From: a virus
IMG/VR virus record: IMGVR_UViG_3300044655_001360
Direction: 5' to 3' (one strand)
DNA: 64,000 bases
Part shown: in pieces, positions 40,901-50,043 of the stretch
Layout of the letters: each line of letters opens with the position of its first letter
How positions within the stretch are numbered: position 1 is the first letter of the stretch
Program-made: the position numbers and the translations under genes
The notes under the pieces: generated by a model
What the model was told of the DNA's origin: nothing
Databases searched by the model: none
What the model saw: only the letters and a program-made list of their open reading frames with translations

Positions 40901-42344
40901 ACCTGTTGATAATTACACAGTTACTGGTAGTAGTCCAGTAAACGGTGTTATTTCTGATACTGGTGCACTACCGATGACTGATTTCACATTTACTACCGGA
41001 CAACGTGCTGCGTTCAAAATAGCTGCAAATAACGTTTTTGGTAAAGGTGTCGAAATAGCAGTGCCAGTTCAAACGTTTAAAATAACAGACAACACAACGT
41101 TAGGTTCGAATATCGGGATTTCAGCTGCGATGTCTGGAGATGGTAATTATTTGGTAGTTGGCGCACCGTATGCTAATACTAAAGGATGCGCCTATGTGTA
41201 TCAGAGAAGTGGAAATAGATGGATTCAATCGGATATTTTGTTTGGGTTTGACACGGTTTCAGGTGATAGATTTGGTTATTCCGTCGATATTTCATATGAT
41301 GGTAGTAGAGTTATCGTTGGGTCTCCTGATAAAGCATTTATTGTTGGTGGAACGTCTTATCCAAAAACTGGAGCAGCCCATATATTCTTACGACTTCCTT
41401 CTGGGAAATACCTCGAAGAAGTTTTCTTAGAAAGCGGGAATAGTGATCACGATTTAACACCAATCGACAAACCAAATGATTTCTTCGGTACAGATGTGAA
41501 AATAAGTAGTGATGGAACCGTGGTGTTAATTGGTGCACCAGGTGATGATAGTGGTTCTACCTATAGTATTGGTTATATATGGCACTATTATATTAATTCA
41601 ACGACAAATTCATGGGCTGGCGTTTCTGGTACCACCGGTTCGAATTATTTACCAACTGGTGCTACTGAAGCACAGGCGTTGCACGGTTCATCGTTAGCAA
41701 TATCGTCAAATATGTTAGTTTGCGCTGAAGGCGCACCAGGCGATAATAACAAAGGTTGGTTTGCATCTGTATCTGTTGATTTGAACAATGCCGGTACGGT
41801 TTGTCTATTTAAAAGATCAAGCACGGCTGCTAAAACTTGGTCTGCGTTGAAAACTTACATGTATTCACCAACCCCGATTATTGACGGAAACTTTGGTTCA
41901 AGCATAGCATTAAATTCTACTGGTACTATATTAGTTGTTGGTGCACCTGGTGAATCTGCTTTTGGATTAGCCAAAGCTGGTGTAGTTCATATATTTGCTG
42001 GTTCTGGTACTGTTTGGGATATTCAAGCGAAATTAACCGCATCTGATGCACAAGCAGGTGCTAATTTTGGAACATCAGTATCTATCAATGACGCTGGTGA
42101 TGTCATATTAGTTGGTGCAAATAACGCGACTGCTGGTGGTAGAACTGGGTCTGGTATAGTTTATAAATATGTGAAAACTGGAACTACTTGGATTCAGGAT
42201 GCGATTATTACACCGTATGACAAAGCAGCAACCGATGCATTTGGTACTTCAGTTTCATTGAATTCAACTGGTGATTTGGCAGTTATCGGTGCACCAAACA
42301 CAGACCCAACGAAAGCAGGTGCTGCATACACCTTCCAAATTTAG
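37905..42344 (+). CDS. Virion adhesin/fibre: Ig-like modules, glycine-rich domain, C-terminal FG-GAP beta-propeller
   Basis: FFNAGG N-domain, GGAGGGGG runs (~40130-40590), repeated FG.SV.IS.DG....VGAP blades. Confidence 0.8.
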   Translation: MSTQITINRYNTLQSAINEILGTGATGYGQVLKSSQLSIPSGTSRLIYAQDVNNLVADLRRILQHQDGVDYSTNIPTVTAGTTKAAETTYVNLETYLAQATTNRWKMSGDASQSATVTGVTTQRTTNWNSEIYHEAVANFSSELNAKYFFNAGGELIVSTSMTGQSGDKSNAWAQMLNSVGNVTMNYTTTSTGTSVSQIGFNDLTSAYQLLYSGACSAPYTTNTYTVSAKKDGQFVYFKMTYTDAVSGTPDELINGTITSTVKYRGAVGASVVAPVPTITTLNGLDSGGVSQGYTVLLSPNSVSEGNDIHVTISSYPPVASVWYEITGDGPGVTVDDFDDGKVKESKTLTNGGIQFNKAVAVDVLSDSSNVTMKLYDKDPAIPGAVLLKTSNTILINDGNLDLTLSLVSPLTPVLDESSNNIGNFAVVGTGLPATTTATWTATGTGATHLTKTTDTFTISGGSGTFAVTVSPDHKTTGDLPVQVKVSIGAIQSNTIDLTINDTSKPIITYHSTKDPDFGLSAFTYDADLYFTITGGPPGGTFTFTRDTNETPVTYTLGNTGIFPHGSFDNKIAALTSPGTLHTKIVFAGESHDYLHDIAFTNDVQEITIPSIPPDITSGKTLQIDFSLSKCYTPAIINWELIAPIPPIPNGIYKSGTTTTSGTITTTVNTGNGLGSLILEANSATVVKGTSFTVKFTLSTLTTINATTSAIRIIDAFPYTTNVDAQVFLPTLASAVTIKARGGAGGGGGRDGSNGDGGDGASANTIITKEPVGSVRTLSAVIGKGGNPGTSNATSAGGGLGGTGYKKGGDGGAVRNDNTSGGGAGGGGATAVSADTTVLVVAGGGGGGAGGSLDRDGIDATGTNTTVTVLTGTDGIAGDGGGSGDGGGAGGSGGFVTTIGTNLKGADSSRSATAGTSGNIAYNNSQPAVTGTPIILLNSYTGGLGATTKIASTAGLDGEVTIYVQPMAPQYPVAELHLGLSGAEEYYINADTPLKDGSAPVDNYTVTGSSPVNGVISDTGALPMTDFTFTTGQRAAFKIAANNVFGKGVEIAVPVQTFKITDNTTLGSNIGISAAMSGDGNYLVVGAPYANTKGCAYVYQRSGNRWIQSDILFGFDTVSGDRFGYSVDISYDGSRVIVGSPDKAFIVGGTSYPKTGAAHIFLRLPSGKYLEEVFLESGNSDHDLTPIDKPNDFFGTDVKISSDGTVVLIGAPGDDSGSTYSIGYIWHYYINSTTNSWAGVSGTTGSNYLPTGATEAQALHGSSLAISSNMLVCAEGAPGDNNKGWFASVSVDLNNAGTVCLFKRSSTAAKTWSALKTYMYSPTPIIDGNFGSSIALNSTGTILVVGAPGESAFGLAKAGVVHIFAGSGTVWDIQAKLTASDAQAGANFGTSVSINDAGDVILVGANNATAGGRTGSGIVYKYVKTGTTWIQDAIITPYDKAATDAFGTSVSLNSTGDLAVIGAPNTDPTKAGAAYTFQI

Positions 42345-42353
42345 GTAATACTC

Positions 42354-44318
42354 ATGAGTGGATTTTTATCAGTATTAGTTTCATATGGCGCTACCGCAGT
42401 GAAGGCCGCGTATCAAAAGATAATTGCATCTGACACTGCTTCGCAGACAGGTGCAAACTTTGGTTCTGCCGTTGCATTGAGTGGTAATGGTAATTACATC
42501 GTCGTTGGATCCGCATTAGCTGGTTCGGCTGACGACGGTGCAGTCTATGTTTATTATAACAATAGCGGAACTTGGGAAGAACAGGCTAAATTGGTTGCAT
42601 CCAATGCCGTTGTTGGTGATTGGTTTGGTTGTGCAGTTGATATTACCAAAACCGGTGATAGAATTATCGTTGGTGCTCAGAAAGCCAACGCATTACCTTA
42701 CAACCAAGATAACTCAGGTGCTGCTTATATATTTCAACGGTCTGGTACTACATGGACTGAAGAATTATATTTGCCTGGTGGTAATGGTGGTTCTAATGAT
42801 TACTGTGGTAATTCGGTAGCAATTAATGACAATGGTACTGCTATTTTTGTTGGTGCCTATGGTGATGAAGGTGACGGTACTAATGTAGGGTTTGTGCACA
42901 CGTTTCTAATAAAAGGCAATACTTGGGCTGGATTAAAATGGAACACTGATGATGATATGTTACCAACATCAGCAACTGAAAGTAATTCTCATCATGGATG
43001 GTCGGTTGCATGCAATGCCAATGGTGAAAGATGTATCGAAGGTGGGCCAGGTGATAATAATCAAGGAAAAACTAATTCTGGTGTAGTTACTATTCATCGG
43101 AGAGCTAGTCTCACTGGGGCATGGACTAGAGATATCTGGTTAGAACCACCATACCCATCAAATGACGGTCAGTTTGGTTGGAGTGTTGCGATGGATGCTA
43201 TAGGTGATCGAGTTGTTATTGGTGCAATAGGTGAAAGTCCAACTGGAATTATAAGTGCTGGTGCTGCTTATATCTACAAAAGAACCGGCACCGTATGGGC
43301 TTTAGAAGCGCAATTGACTGCGGATGCCAAAGAAGCTGGTGATAAGTTCGGTTATTCGGTATCTATCAATGCAGCAGGTGATAAAGTTACCGTTGGAACG
43401 ATATACGCGAATATACCAACTAAAGCAGCTGCTGGCGTTGTGTATGTGTTTGAACGTAGTAGTTCAATCTGGACTCAGTCATCAAAACTAACAGCTGGTG
43501 ATGCTGAAGCTGGTGATAACTTAGGTAGTGCGGTATCATTAGATGATGCAGGAACGGGTGTAGTCGTTGGTTCACTTGGTAATGACCCGTTTGGTAGTAT
43601 AGATTCAGGCGCTGCGTATTATTTTCCGTTAACGGTTACGCCGCCATATGTTCCAGTAGATCCTTATTGGAATGATGTAGTGTTGTTAATAACTGCTGAC
43701 AATGGTGCACAAGGAAGTAAAATATTCGTTGATTTGTCAAAAAATAACATCGGATTGACTTCACATTTAGCGGTCGTCACAGATACCAGTATTAAGAAAT
43801 TTGGTTCTGGATCGATTGCATTCCCTACTGCTGGTTACCTGATAACACCAACTACTAGTATTTTAGATTTCACTGACGCGCTGATGACCATCGAGGCTTG
43901 GGTATATCCAACCTCATTCGCGGCACCGCACAGCTGTATCGTAATGAATCCGTCTGCTGCTTCTGGGAAAGGTTGGGAATTGCAAGTCGAAGACAATTCC
44001 CGGTTGACTTTTCAATATAATTTTGCAGTATCTGGTTCAGTATTAACCGGTGACCCGTTAAATCTTAACGAGTGGAATCACGTTGCTGTTACTTACGATG
44101 GTAGTACCATTCGATTGTATTCAAATGGCGTCTTGGGTAATTCTATCACAACCACATTACGTATGGGAACTGGTGGTATTCGGATTGGATGGCATGCTAG
44201 TACCGGAGGTGGTGATGCCGATTATCGAGGATTCATGGATGAAGTGCGAATAACGAAAGGTGTTGCTAGATATACCGGTGCAACTTACACTATTCCAACA
44301 AACTCATTCTATTCTTAA
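42354..44318 (+). CDS. FG-GAP beta-propeller plus LamG/ConA-like lectin domain protein
   Basis: Seven FG-GAP-like blades; TIEAWVYP, W.HVAVTYDG...LY.NG, G.MDEVRITKGVARY. Confidence 0.85.
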   Translation: MSGFLSVLVSYGATAVKAAYQKIIASDTASQTGANFGSAVALSGNGNYIVVGSALAGSADDGAVYVYYNNSGTWEEQAKLVASNAVVGDWFGCAVDITKTGDRIIVGAQKANALPYNQDNSGAAYIFQRSGTTWTEELYLPGGNGGSNDYCGNSVAINDNGTAIFVGAYGDEGDGTNVGFVHTFLIKGNTWAGLKWNTDDDMLPTSATESNSHHGWSVACNANGERCIEGGPGDNNQGKTNSGVVTIHRRASLTGAWTRDIWLEPPYPSNDGQFGWSVAMDAIGDRVVIGAIGESPTGIISAGAAYIYKRTGTVWALEAQLTADAKEAGDKFGYSVSINAAGDKVTVGTIYANIPTKAAAGVVYVFERSSSIWTQSSKLTAGDAEAGDNLGSAVSLDDAGTGVVVGSLGNDPFGSIDSGAAYYFPLTVTPPYVPVDPYWNDVVLLITADNGAQGSKIFVDLSKNNIGLTSHLAVVTDTSIKKFGSGSIAFPTAGYLITPTTSILDFTDALMTIEAWVYPTSFAAPHSCIVMNPSAASGKGWELQVEDNSRLTFQYNFAVSGSVLTGDPLNLNEWNHVAVTYDGSTIRLYSNGVLGNSITTTLRMGTGGIRIGWHASTGGGDADYRGFMDEVRITKGVARYTGATYTIPTNSFYS

Positions 44319-44320
44319 AC

Positions 44321-44356
44321 AAAAAAGCCCATCACGTTTTATGTGATGGGCTTTTC
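44321..44356. terminator. Bidirectional terminator at the strand switch
   Basis: AAAAGCCCATCAC/GTGATGGGCTTTT hairpin. Confidence 0.9.
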
Positions 44357-44367
44357 AACATTCAAAC

Positions 44368-45141
44368 TTATACGTCAGAAGTTTCCTTTGATTCAACTAC
44401 TTTAGAAGTAGTCTTAGCAACGGTTTTAGCTACTGTTTTTACAGGAGCTTTAGTAGCAGTCTTTGCAGCAGGTTTAGCCTGTGCTTTTACTGCTGGTTTG
44501 GCTTCAACTGCTGCAACCACATCAGGTGGATCTAAGTCATCAGCTTGTTTTCGTAACTCAGCAGCCTCTTTCAAAAGAGATTCTGCTTGGCTACGATAGC
44601 TTTTAGCAATATCTGCATCTGATAATACAGCATTTGCATTGGCTTGTAGCGGCGCAACTGCGGCTTGTGCTCTAGCTGGTTCACCAACATCACGACCAAC
44701 ATCTTTAACTGGTTCAGCGGCTTCATTTGCAGCAGCATTTGCTTTAGCACCAGAAACAAACTGGCACAAATCATCAACTGCACAATTACGTTGTTCTGCA
44801 ATTAAAACATTCAAATCTGACAACAAGATTTCATCATTCAACGTAGGCATCATCATAACTGAATCAGTTGGTACTTTATGTAACAACCCATCAGCACGTA
44901 ATGCACGTAACATTGGACGACCATCTGGGAACATACGAGTGAATAAGATTTCACCAAACTCAAATGATTCTTGTGCTTGAATTGTTTCAACCAACTGATT
45001 AACTGCATCATGATACAAATCTGACAAACCAGCAGTTGGTAATACTAAAGCACTGTCTGAATCACCTGGTAATGTTCTGAATATAACAAGAACATTTTCC
45101 TTGGTTTTTGCAATTTTACCAATGTGTTTGAGAGTTCTCAT
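44368..45141 (-). CDS. Hypothetical protein with Lys/Ala-rich histone-like tail
   Basis: ORF; C-terminal AKP/AKT repeats. Confidence 0.75.
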   Translation of the reverse strand: MRTLKHIGKIAKTKENVLVIFRTLPGDSDSALVLPTAGLSDLYHDAVNQLVETIQAQESFEFGEILFTRMFPDGRPMLRALRADGLLHKVPTDSVMMMPTLNDEILLSDLNVLIAEQRNCAVDDLCQFVSGAKANAAANEAAEPVKDVGRDVGEPARAQAAVAPLQANANAVLSDADIAKSYRSQAESLLKEAAELRKQADDLDPPDVVAAVEAKPAVKAQAKPAAKTATKAPVKTVAKTVAKTTSKVVESKETSDV

Positions 45142-45147
45142 GATTGA

Positions 45148-45420
45148 TTAGCCTTGTGATGCAGCAGCGTCTAAGAAAGTAGATAATTTGTTGAATGCTT
45201 TACCAACAGATTCCAATTCAGCTGCTTTGAATGTACCACGTTGTGATGCCACTTCAATGATTTGACGTAATACAGCTAAGTCATTTAAAGTTAATTCAGG
45301 AGCAGGTGCTGCATCAGCTGCTTGTGTAGATGCTTCTGCTGCGGTTGTAGTAGTTGTAGTATCAACAGTTTCTGTAGATTCTACGGTTGCGGTTGTTGCT
45401 TCTAATACAGCTTCAGTCAT
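45148..45420 (-). CDS. Hypothetical protein
   Basis: GAGG SD; L..L..II.VA.QRG.FKA.E...VG..F.KL motif. Confidence 0.75.
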   Translation of the reverse strand: MTEAVLEATTATVESTETVDTTTTTTAAEASTQAADAAPAPELTLNDLAVLRQIIEVASQRGTFKAAELESVGKAFNKLSTFLDAAASQG

Positions 45421-45421
45421 T

Positions 45422-45679
45422 TTAATTTCCTCTAAAGAATGTGCATGCTAACGCGAAATACGTGAGTTCATGCATGTTTTCAAAAGCCACATATGTGGCG
45501 GTTTTTCCAGAATCCTTGTTATTACTAGGATATCTAACTATACAAAATCGTCCTGAAAGTCTATTTCGAATCCATTCTCTTACTTCAGATTCCTTATCAT
45601 AACACATCTCGATTTTATGGAAATGTGGTGGTAAGGTTTTTAATTCTCTTTTCTTTACAATATCTAGTGGAGTATACAC
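45422..45679 (-). CDS. Hypothetical protein
   Basis: Tightly packed ORF preceded by CTAAATA. Confidence 0.6.
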   Translation of the reverse strand: MYTPLDIVKKRELKTLPPHFHKIEMCYDKESEVREWIRNRLSGRFCIVRYPSNNKDSGKTATYVAFENMHELTYFALACTFFRGN

Positions 45680-45684
45680 GATAT

Positions 45685-46080
45685 TTAGTCTCCGATTTCT
45701 TGCTGGAATTTCTTAGCAGATGCTTTGTTATTACCCATCTTCTTAAGATCACCATCGAATATCATCAATTCAAATGCCATTTTCTCACAGAATACAACAA
45801 TTATACCATGTTTTGCGAACCATGGGCAAGTAATAAACTCATCTAATTGCAACAAAAGTTGAGCAGTTACATCACCTTCGATCTTTAAATTGACTTCATA
45901 AGATGTAATATTAGCACGATAAAGTAAAAATTGCAACCCTTTTTCGGTTAATCTTAAACCTCGATTAGTTGCTCTTAGGTTGGCCCACCAGCGACTTCTA
46001 TGTTCTTTAACAGAAATGTCGTCAACTGGCAGTCCTGCTACCTCGAGGAATATCCTAGTGTACTTGGATTTCAAGTCCAC
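45685..46080 (-). CDS. Hypothetical protein
   Basis: ORF coupled to upstream stop; WW.N.R....GLRLT..G motif. Confidence 0.7.
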   Translation of the reverse strand: MDLKSKYTRIFLEVAGLPVDDISVKEHRSRWWANLRATNRGLRLTEKGLQFLLYRANITSYEVNLKIEGDVTAQLLLQLDEFITCPWFAKHGIIVVFCEKMAFELMIFDGDLKKMGNNKASAKKFQQEIGD

Positions 46081-46316
46081 TAGAAACCACCACCATCAAA
46101 CTTAACTTCAACTGATGTAGAAGATTCTTTGATTTCAGCCAACATGCTATGAATTTCAGTAACTGTTTTACCTAGATTCATAGTCATACCAGCCAATTCA
46201 GTGGCTAACTCACGAGCTTCTTGTATAGAAAGTCGAATATCTTTCTGTTGAGATTTCTCAGCAGCTGCAACTCGTTGAAACAATCTTTCAATTGTCGGCA
46301 AAGTCATGTTGCTCAT
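46080..46316 (-). CDS. Hypothetical coiled-coil protein
   Basis: GGAG SD; ends in DGGGF. Confidence 0.7.
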   Translation of the reverse strand: MSNMTLPTIERLFQRVAAAEKSQQKDIRLSIQEARELATELAGMTMNLGKTVTEIHSMLAEIKESSTSVEVKFDGGGF

Positions 46317-47307
46317 GTTTTACTCCGTTTGTGGTATATGAAGCACCTAATGGAGATGCATACTTAATGGATTGGTCTGAAATCTTCTTTAAATCATACA
46401 ATCCGCAAAACTTAATTAACCTAGAACCCACTTGATTAATAGACTTTGGTTCAACTGACCGAATAGTTTCATCAATAATAGCACGTACATCAGCTGGCTG
46501 TTTAGTCAAATCAATCAGGGTACAATTACGATTATAATCATCTAAAACACGATGGTCAGTACCGTTGTGATCTGTCCATTTCTGCAACATTAGATTATTC
46601 CAACTGAAACCTTTATGTTTTTTGTCTTCAAATGCTTCAAGTAAACCAACTTTGTTTTTAGTTCCTTTGGTACGAACCCCAGGATAAGCAGAAAACACAT
46701 TATCTGACGTATCACCACGTATACATTTTTCAAATAGCAACCATTGTGGATCTGGTGGTGGTTTTGGTAAGTTTGTTTTCTTATCAATAACTAACTTACC
46801 TTTTACATCAAAGAAACCACTTTCACATACGGTAGTTTCACTAACACCGTTATACTGACGTACATTCGGTGCAATTAACTGATAAAAATCACTATCTGTA
46901 CTAATAATAACATGATTATCATTGGGATGGTTTTGAATCCAACCAGCAATCAAGTCATCTGCTTCTAAACGAGGATGTTGTAATACTGTACAGTTAGTCT
47001 TTTCAGTTAAGAAGTTTGCTAACTTTTCATACGCTTCCCAGAAAACCTTTTCTTCAATGGCTTCTTTTTCAGTGTGTGCTGCTCTGGTATCAGAACGATT
47101 ACGTTTATAAGGTGGATAGAAGTCTTTACGCCAACTACGACCTTCTAAGAAGACAACCACATGACTGCCATCGAAGTCTTCCCATGCTTTCTTGATAGAA
47201 TGCAACGTAATATGAAATGCCATACCTAATTTAAGGTCAACATCCCCATTAATAGAGAATCTTGCTCTATAAAACGTATTTGATAAATCAACTAGGATGT
47301 GGCTCAT
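46288..47307 (-). CDS. 5'-3' exonuclease / flap endonuclease (T4 RNase H-like)
   Basis: LVD..N.FYRA, SWRKD.YP.YK.NR, EADDLIA, STDSDF.QL, GDTSDN. Confidence 0.92.
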   Translation of the reverse strand: MSHILVDLSNTFYRARFSINGDVDLKLGMAFHITLHSIKKAWEDFDGSHVVVFLEGRSWRKDFYPPYKRNRSDTRAAHTEKEAIEEKVFWEAYEKLANFLTEKTNCTVLQHPRLEADDLIAGWIQNHPNDNHVIISTDSDFYQLIAPNVRQYNGVSETTVCESGFFDVKGKLVIDKKTNLPKPPPDPQWLLFEKCIRGDTSDNVFSAYPGVRTKGTKNKVGLLEAFEDKKHKGFSWNNLMLQKWTDHNGTDHRVLDDYNRNCTLIDLTKQPADVRAIIDETIRSVEPKSINQVGSRLIKFCGLYDLKKISDQSIKYASPLGASYTTNGVKHEQHDFADN

Positions 47308-47798
47308 GCGTTTGCTCTCAAAACAGAGGCAATATCAAGTGTACCAGTAGTAATGTCACTTGGGTAATCATCTTCCATTACAACATTAGCACATAATTCT
47401 TTAAACCAACGATCGATAATACTTTCATCAGAATCGCCATTAGCACCATAGCCGTTATTTCTCAATTGGGTGATAAACATATCATTCCAATCAAGTTCAA
47501 AGAACCCATTACGGATATTATCAGCATTTACATGAGTTTCAAGTACACCAACCCAAGGTTCGCCATTGGCGGTTGCCTTATCTTTAGGTGATGCGTAATT
47601 GGCTTGTTGCTGCTCTGCTTTGATAATAGCTTCTTCTGCTTCGGCTTTTGCTTGTTCAGCAGCTTTAGTTGCTTTCTCAGCAGACTTAATCTTTTTCTGA
47701 AGTCTAGCCTCTGCTTCTTCTAATTGTTTAATAGTTGCTGCTGCAGTTTCTTCCATTGCAGCAATACCTGTTATCTTTCTAAGTGCGTCTTTAATCAT
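47304..47798 (-). CDS. Hypothetical protein
   Basis: Coiled coil plus EPWV...GFFELDWN..F domain. Confidence 0.7.
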   Translation of the reverse strand: MIKDALRKITGIAAMEETAAATIKQLEEAEARLQKKIKSAEKATKAAEQAKAEAEEAIIKAEQQQANYASPKDKATANGEPWVGVLETHVNADNIRNGFFELDWNDMFITQLRNNGYGANGDSDESIIDRWFKELCANVVMEDDYPSDITTGTLDIASVLRANA

Positions 47799-47850
47799 TA
47801 TTGATTCCCGTATTGGTGGAAAACCGTGGGTAGATAACTACCCACACGTA

Positions 47851-48183
47851 TTACTTTGTATTTAATATGAACTGAGCAGACCAACCAGCTTTGACTGGCG
47901 TTAATTTCGTCAAACCTTTCATGGTTTCATAATACACCACTGAATCTACTGGAGTCAAGTCTAATGGCCAGTCAATGATCTCATCATACGAACTAAAGTC
48001 TAATTGCGTAGAATCTACCACATAATCAACTCGTTTAATAGTCCAAGATCCATCTTTATTATCAATCCATTCTACGTCATCACCACCGTTTAAGTCAACT
48101 GTATCTAAAAGATCATCAGGTAAGATGATAAAGTGTGAATCGGTTGTTTCGTCGTATTGTACTTCTGTTGTCCACTGCTTCAT
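47851..48183 (-). CDS. AbrB/MazE-like small DNA-binding protein
   Basis: I.LPDDLL....L..GD.VEW.DN.DGSW.I; ATG at 48183 overlaps upstream stop. Confidence 0.55.
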   Translation of the reverse strand: MKQWTTEVQYDETTDSHFIILPDDLLDTVDLNGGDDVEWIDNKDGSWTIKRVDYVVDSTQLDFSSYDEIIDWPLDLTPVDSVVYYETMKGLTKLTPVKAGWSAQFILNTK

Positions 48184-48689
48184 ACTTGCCACCATCTTGA
48201 ATAAGGAAAAGTTATAAGGTATTCTTCTTTTTGGTAATGCATTTCAAAACCACAAAAGTCAATATTTTTGTTAAACTTACTAGTGGTATTATCAGCTACT
48301 ACTGCAAATTTAACGTTTGAGTTCCAAATGGAATCCCATTCAGGAGAATCTGGTAAACAAGCAGATTGCCAATCATCAACAATCCAGTTTAGGGTTTCAC
48401 CAGTTTCGTTTAAGTCATCAACTACTAGGATATTATTACGTTCACCTGATTCACCAAACACATCACATGGAATCCAGCAGTTATGCTCAGTATTTGAATG
48501 GGTGTGCAAGTTTACGCCAACTGAATGGTAGGGCACATCAAAATATTGGCTAATCATTACTGCTGGAACTGCACCACCACGGCCAATACCAACAACATAA
48601 TCAGGTTTCCAATTGGTTTTTGCGATTTTTCTACAGATATTAGCAACATATCCGTTAAACTCTCGCTGGTCAATTGTTATTAATTCCAT
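48180..48689 (-). CDS. Purine phosphoribosyltransferase-like protein
   Basis: PD.VVGI.RGG.VPA, PRPP motif ILVVDDL.ETG.T, I.FP..W end. Confidence 0.85.
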   Translation of the reverse strand: MELITIDQREFNGYVANICRKIAKTNWKPDYVVGIGRGGAVPAVMISQYFDVPYHSVGVNLHTHSNTEHNCWIPCDVFGESGERNNILVVDDLNETGETLNWIVDDWQSACLPDSPEWDSIWNSNVKFAVVADNTTSKFNKNIDFCGFEMHYQKEEYLITFPYSRWWQV

Positions 48690-48717
48690 CTTTCACCTCT
48701 TGATTTGTAAAAGCCTA

Positions 48718-48746
48718 GTTTAGTCTAAAAGATAATAGAAGTCAAC
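48718..48746 (-). promoter_or_regulatory. sigma70-type promoter TTGACT-17-TAAACT with ATTATCTTTTAG in the spacer
   Basis: TTGACT tctattatcttttagac TAAACT, nearly the same as the promoter at 5859-5886. Confidence 0.65.
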
Positions 48747-48748
48747 CA

Positions 48749-49102
48749 TTAAATCCATCCGCATGGAGTATACCGTTCAGCCCATCGCCAATAAAGACCT
48801 ACCTTTGGTATATGCTTATCAGCAAATCTTCTTTCAGCAGAAGTCCATTTTGATTGAATCGGTAATGGTGCATGATAAGCTAGATAATGCAATTGACCAT
48901 GTATTTTCATCAAGGTTTTGCGATTTATAGTAGTTTGACTTTCCCAACCATAATACTTCTCAAACGCATAGTTTTCCCATTGACCTCTAAGTTTGGCTTT
49001 AAGTTTGAATATTGGACAGAAATACTGTGGTCTAAATCTAATAGTATAAGGAGCAGTGTCGTTTTCAACTGCATCGAAGAATTCTTCAGGAGTCATAATC
49101 AC
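48749..49102 (-). CDS. Hypothetical protein
   Basis: ORF with GAGG SD. Confidence 0.6.
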   Translation of the reverse strand: MIMTPEEFFDAVENDTAPYTIRFRPQYFCPIFKLKAKLRGQWENYAFEKYYGWESQTTINRKTLMKIHGQLHYLAYHAPLPIQSKWTSAERRFADKHIPKVGLYWRWAERYTPCGWI

Positions 49103-49145
49103 CTCAAATTAAAAGAGCAGATTATCTAATCTGCTCTTGTCTGTT

Positions 49146-49376
49146 TTACGAATTTTGGTATTTCTTGTTTCTAGGATTATTACCTAGATACGGTTTTCGC
49201 GGACGTTTACTTGTAAGATAGGCAGTGTAATTTGCAGAATCTCTGCGATATAACTCCGCTGGGTTGTACTCTCTTAACTCTAAACGGCAGAAATCAAGAT
49301 ATGAATCTAAATCGTCAAAGATTTGGTCAACTGTACGTCGTCCATGATAAAAAACTGATGGTTCAATAGTAGCCAT
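49146..49376 (-). CDS. Hypothetical protein
   Basis: AGGA SD, upstream CTAAATA, downstream terminator 49111-49140; IFDDLD.Y..FCR...YN..LY motif. Confidence 0.7.
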   Translation of the reverse strand: MATIEPSVFYHGRRTVDQIFDDLDSYLDFCRLELREYNPAELYRRDSANYTAYLTSKRPRKPYLGNNPRNKKYQNS

Positions 49377-49443
49377 TGTTTGGTTCCTAATTGTGTTATT
49401 GAAAAGGGTTTAAATTGCTTACTTAAGCAATAGTATTTAGCCC

Positions 49444-50040
49444 TTACAATGACTTCGTTGTTATTGTCATCCTTCGCATTTTCCCAACTTTTGCAGGAGT
49501 CCAGATAATATCACCCATCTTAGCATAGAATGATTTCCAATATCCTACGTCTGGAATGTGCTGCGTCGTTCGTTTTTCAAAATCAACGTAGTACACCTGT
49601 AGACCCTTATCAAATGCCTTTGGGATTAGACCCATCCAATATCGCGCACCGTCCCAAGACTGTCGAGAGTCAGTTAATACGGTTCCGTATGTCGGTATTA
49701 AATATTCAAAGAACACCTTATCAGGTAATCCGGTGGTGATTGGATCAATCTTAGAATGCCACACACTAGCTTGCCACACAAAGGTACCAATCAACGGATC
49801 GGTTTTTGTATTAAATTCCATATCATACGTCACTCGTTGGATGCTAGAATCTAAACAATAGATTTCCTTCGAATGAATATAAACCTTTGAAGTAGCTGAT
49901 AATGAAAATAATTCATCCTTGTTTGGCATTCGAGAAAACTGCAAATACAATTCATGATTATTTTCTTTGTTATGCAACTCATTTGGTTTATACGTGCTAA
50001 ACGTCTGTGGCATTTCGTTAATGAATTCCGATGCTTTCAT
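49444..50040 (-). CDS. Putative head-packaged protein (leader MKASEFINE), GNAT-like fold, paralogue of 59784..60404
   Basis: Leader similar to T4 internal-protein CTS; TVLTDSRQSWDGARYW, GLQVYYVD. Confidence 0.65.
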   Translation of the reverse strand: MKASEFINEMPQTFSTYKPNELHNKENNHELYLQFSRMPNKDELFSLSATSKVYIHSKEIYCLDSSIQRVTYDMEFNTKTDPLIGTFVWQASVWHSKIDPITTGLPDKVFFEYLIPTYGTVLTDSRQSWDGARYWMGLIPKAFDKGLQVYYVDFEKRTTQHIPDVGYWKSFYAKMGDIIWTPAKVGKMRRMTITTKSL

Positions 50041-50043
50041 AAA

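Noticed and set aside
37905-44318. Diversity-generating retroelement target
   Set aside because: No reverse transcriptase in the window and no TR/VR pair with adenine-specific mismatches noticed; paralogy is at protein level only
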